Shown one piece after another: positions 60,190-64,000 of a stretch of 64,000 nucleotides of DNA. Made by a program: the position numbers and the translations under genes. Each line of letters starts with the position of its first letter. Within the stretch, counting starts at the first letter, position 1. The stretch is taken from assembly GCA_964016885.1 (NCBI GenBank), contig OZ024741.1, positions 236,778,001 to 236,842,000 on the forward strand. Reading direction: 5' to 3'. Under the pieces are notes generated by a model. That model ran no database searches, had not been told where the DNA came from, and worked only from the letters and a program-made list of their open reading frames with translations. The DNA comes from Eledone cirrhosa. Taxonomy: Eukaryota.

Positions 60190-63100
60190 CACTGCTATGT
60201 AGTCAATAGTATGACTGTTAACACACACGCTCTTGATTAACTGCTATGTAGTCAATAGTATGACTGTTAACATACACACACTTGATTCACTGCTATGTAG
60301 TCAATAGTATGACTGTTAAAACTACACACTTGACTCACTGCTATGTAGTAAATAGAATGACTGTTAACACACACACTCTTGATTCACTGCTATGTAGTCA
60401 ATAGTATGACTATTAACTCTACACACGTGATTCACTGCTATGTAGTCAATAGTATGACTGTTAACTCCACACAATTGATTTACCGCTATGTAGTCAACAG
60501 TATGACTGTTAACACACACATTTGATTCACTGTTATGTAGTCAATAGTATGACTGTTAACACATACACACTTGATTCACTGCTATGTAGTCAATAGTTTG
60601 ACTGTTAACACACACACACTTGATTAACTGCTATGTATTCAAGAGTATGACTGTTAACACACACACACTTGATTCACTGCTATGTAGTCAATAGTATGAT
60701 TGTTAACACATACACACTTAATTCCCTGCTATGTCGTCAATAGTATGACTGTAAACTCTACACACTGCTATGCAGTCAATAGTACGACTGTAAACTCTAC
60801 ACACTTGATTCACTGCTATGTAGTCAATAGTATGACTGTTAACACATACACACTTGATTCACTTCTATGTAGTCAATAGTATGACTGTTAACACACACGC
60901 ACTTGATTAACTGCTATGTAGTCAATAGTATGACTGTTAACATACACACACTTGATTCACTGCTATGCAGTCAATAGTATGACTGTAAACTCTACACACT
61001 GCTATGCAGTCAATAATACGACTGTAGACTCTACACACATGATTCACTGCTATGTAGTCAATAGTATGACTGTTAACACATACACACTTGATTCACTTCT
61101 ATGTAGTCAATAGTATGACTGTTAACACACACGCACTTGATTAACTGCTGTGTCGTCAATAGTATGACTGTTAACATACACACACTTGATTCACTGCTAT
61201 GTAGTCAATAGTATGACTCTTAACACACACACACTTGATTCACTGTTATGTAGTCAATAGTAAGACTGTTAACTCTACTCACTTGATTCACTGCTATGTA
61301 GTCAGTAGTATGACCGTTAACCCAAACACACTTGATTCACTGCTATGTAGTTAATAGTATGACTGTTAACTCTACACACTTGATACACTTCTATGTAGTC
61401 AATATTATGATTGTTAACTCTACACACGTGATTCACTGCTATGTAATCAATAGTATGACTGTTAACTCTACACACTTGATTCACTGCTATGTAGTCTATA
61501 GTATGACTGTTAACTCTACACACTTGATTCACTGCTATGTAGTCAATAGCATGACTGTTAACTCTACACACTTGATTCACTGCTATGTAGTCAATAGTAT
61601 GACTGTTAACTCTACACACTTGATTCACTGCTATGTAGTCAATAGCATGACTGTTAACACACACACTAGATTCACTGCTATGTAGTCAATAGTATGACTG
61701 TTAATTCTACACACTTGATTCACTACTATGTAGTCAATAGCATGACTGTTAACACACACACTAGATTCACTGCTATGTAGTCAAGAATATGACTATTAAC
61801 TCTACACACTTGATTCACTGCTATGTAGTCAATAGCATCACTGTTAACACACACACTTGATTCACTGCTACGTAGTCAATAGTATGACTGTTAAGTCTAC
61901 ACACTTGATTCACTGCTATGTAGTCAATAGTATGACTGATAACACACACACTTGAATCCCTGCTATGTAGTCAATAGTATGACTGTTATCTCTACACACT
62001 TGAATCACTGCTATGTAGTCAATAGTATGACTGTTAACACACACACTTGATTCACTGCTATGTAGTCAATAGTATGACTGTTAACACACACACTTGGTTC
62101 ACTGCTATATAGTCAATAGTATGACTGTTAACACACACACTTGATTCACTGCTATGTAGTCAATAGTATGACTGTTAACACGCAGACTTGATTCACTGCT
62201 ATGTAGTCAATAGTATCACTGTTAACACAAACACTTGAATCACTGCTATGTAGTCAATAGTATGACTGTTAACACACACGCTCTTGATTAACTGCTATGT
62301 AGTCAATAGTATGAGTGTTAACATACACACACTTGATTCACTGCTATGTAGTCAATAGTATGACTGTTAAAACTACACACTTGACTCACTGCTATGTAGT
62401 AAATAGAATGACTGTTAACACACACACTCTTGATTCACTGCTATGTAGTCAATAGTATGACTATTAACTCTACACACGTGATTCACTGCTATGTAGTCAA
62501 TAGTATGACTGTTAACTCCACACAATTGATTTACCGCTATGTAGTCAACAGTATGACTGTTAACACACACACACTTGATTCACTGCTATGTAGTCAATAG
62601 TATGACTGTTAACACATACACACTTAATTCACTGCTATGTCGTCAATAGTATGACTGTTTACACACACATTTGATTCACTGTTATGTAGTCGATAGTATG
62701 ACTGTTAACACATACACACTTGATTCACTGCTATGTAGTCAATAGTTTGACTGTTAACACACACACACTTGATTAACTGCTATGTATTCAAGAGTATGAC
62801 TGTTAACACACACACACTCTATTCACTGCTATGTAGTCAATAGTATGATTGTTAACACATACACACTTAATTCCCTGCTATGTCGTCAATAGTATGACTG
62901 TAAACTCTACACACTGCTATGCAGTCAATAGTACGACTGTAAACTCTACACACTTGATTCACTGCTATGTAGTCAATAGTATGACTGTTAACACATACAC
63001 ACTTGATTCACTTCTATGTAGTCAATAGTATGACTGTTAACACACACGCACTTGCTTAACTGCTATGTAGTCAATAGTATGACTGTTAACATACACACAC

Positions 63101-64000
63101 TTGATTCACTGCTATGCAGTCAATAGTATGACTGTAAACTCTACACACTGCTATGCAGTCAATAATACGACTGTAGACTCTACACACTTGATTCACTGCT
63201 ATGTAGTCAATAGTATGACTGTTAACACATACACACTTGATTCACTTCTATGTAGTCAATAGTATGACTGTTAACACACACGCACTTGATTAACTGCTGT
63301 GTCGTCAATAGTATGACTGTTAACATACACACACTTGATTCACTGCTATGTAGTCAATAGTATGACTCTTAACACACACACACTTGATTCACTGTTATGT
63401 AGTCAATAGTAAGACTGTTAACTCTACACCCTTGATTCACTGCTATGTAGTCAGTAGTATGACCGTTAACCCAAACACACTTGATTCACTGCTATGTAGT
63501 TAATAGTATGACTGTTAACTCTACACACTTGATACACTGCTATGTAGTCAATATTATGATTGTTAACTCTACACACGTGATTCACTGCTATGTAATCAAT
63601 AGTATGACTGTTACCTCTACACACTTGATTCACTGCTATGTAGTCAATAGTATGACTGTTAACTCTACACACTTGATTCACTGCTATGTAGTCAATAGCA
63701 TGACTGTTAACTCTACACACTTGATTCACTGCTATGTAGTCAATAGTATGACTGTTAACTCTACACACTTGATTCACTGCTATGTAGTCAATAGCATGAC
63801 TGTTAACACACACACTAGATTCACTGCTATGTAGTCAAGAGTATGACTATTAACACACACACTTGATTCACTGCTACGTAGTCAATAGTATGACTGTTAA
63901 GTCTACACACTTGATTCACTGCTATGTAGTCAATAGTATGACTGATAACACACACACTTGAATCCCTGCTATGTAGTCAATAGTATGACTGTTATCTCTA
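60190..64000 (+). repeat. Near-tandem duplication of a block of about 2.1 kb
   Basis: Offset 2051 near 60230/62281, rising to 2149 after two extra monomers (ORFs 61317/63466); shared variants GACCGTTAACCCAAAC and ACTGTAGACTCT. Confidence 0.85.

Larger units (their letters stand above)
1..64000 (+). repeat. Tandem satellite DNA array, 47-51 bp monomer (39-bp core plus TCTACACAC or (AC)n linker), extending beyond both window edges
   Basis: Core TTGATTCACTGCTATGTAGTCAATAGTATGACTGTTAAC recurs head-to-tail from the start to the end of the window, typically with 0-3 substitutions per copy. No inversion was seen. It is interrupted only by three SINE copies. Confidence 0.99.

Noticed and set aside
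1286-63834. Well over a hundred short ORFs on both strands encoding VNSHTIDYIAVNQVCR or LIHCYVVNSMTVNSTH repeats (longest 185 aa, 42128-42685)
   Set aside because: Runs of 48- and 51-bp monomers are multiples of 3 and stop-free in one frame per strand, and each 47/49-mer shifts the frame. The ORFs are mirrored on both strands, many start at TTG/GTG, and none has a unique domain.
1-64000. CRISPR-like look: 39-bp partly palindromic repeat ending in AAC, separated by variable sequence
   Set aside because: The intervening pieces are mostly 8-12 nt, low-complexity and reused, not unique spacers. There is no leader or cas gene, and the SINEs indicate a eukaryotic genome.
1-64000. Array as the internal repeat of a Helitron/Helentron-type element, or as telomeric repeat
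   Set aside because: No element termini or array edges are in the window, so this cannot be supported; no TTAGGG-type tracts were seen.

Overview
The whole 64-kb window is one head-to-tail, single-orientation eukaryotic satellite array that runs off both ends (roughly 1,300 monomers, from 64,000/49). Each monomer is a conserved 39-bp core (TTGATTCACTGCTATGTAGTCAATAGTATGACTGTTAAC) plus a short linker, either TCTACACAC (48-bp monomer) or (AC)4-6 (47/49/51-bp monomers). The array is built from kb-scale internal duplications, and diagnostic variants are confined to particular stretches. The only foreign DNA is three copies of a 180-184 bp tRNA-derived SINE (18416-18595, 22693-22872, 59393-59576). 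These represent two independent insertions, both at the ATTAT motif of variant monomers, and one was later copied by a duplication of the array. From memory, not a search, the SINE resembles octopus/mollusc tRNA-SINEs. I see no credible protein-coding gene or CRISPR array; all listed ORFs are artefacts of the repeat period. Duplication boundaries were read by eye and are approximate.
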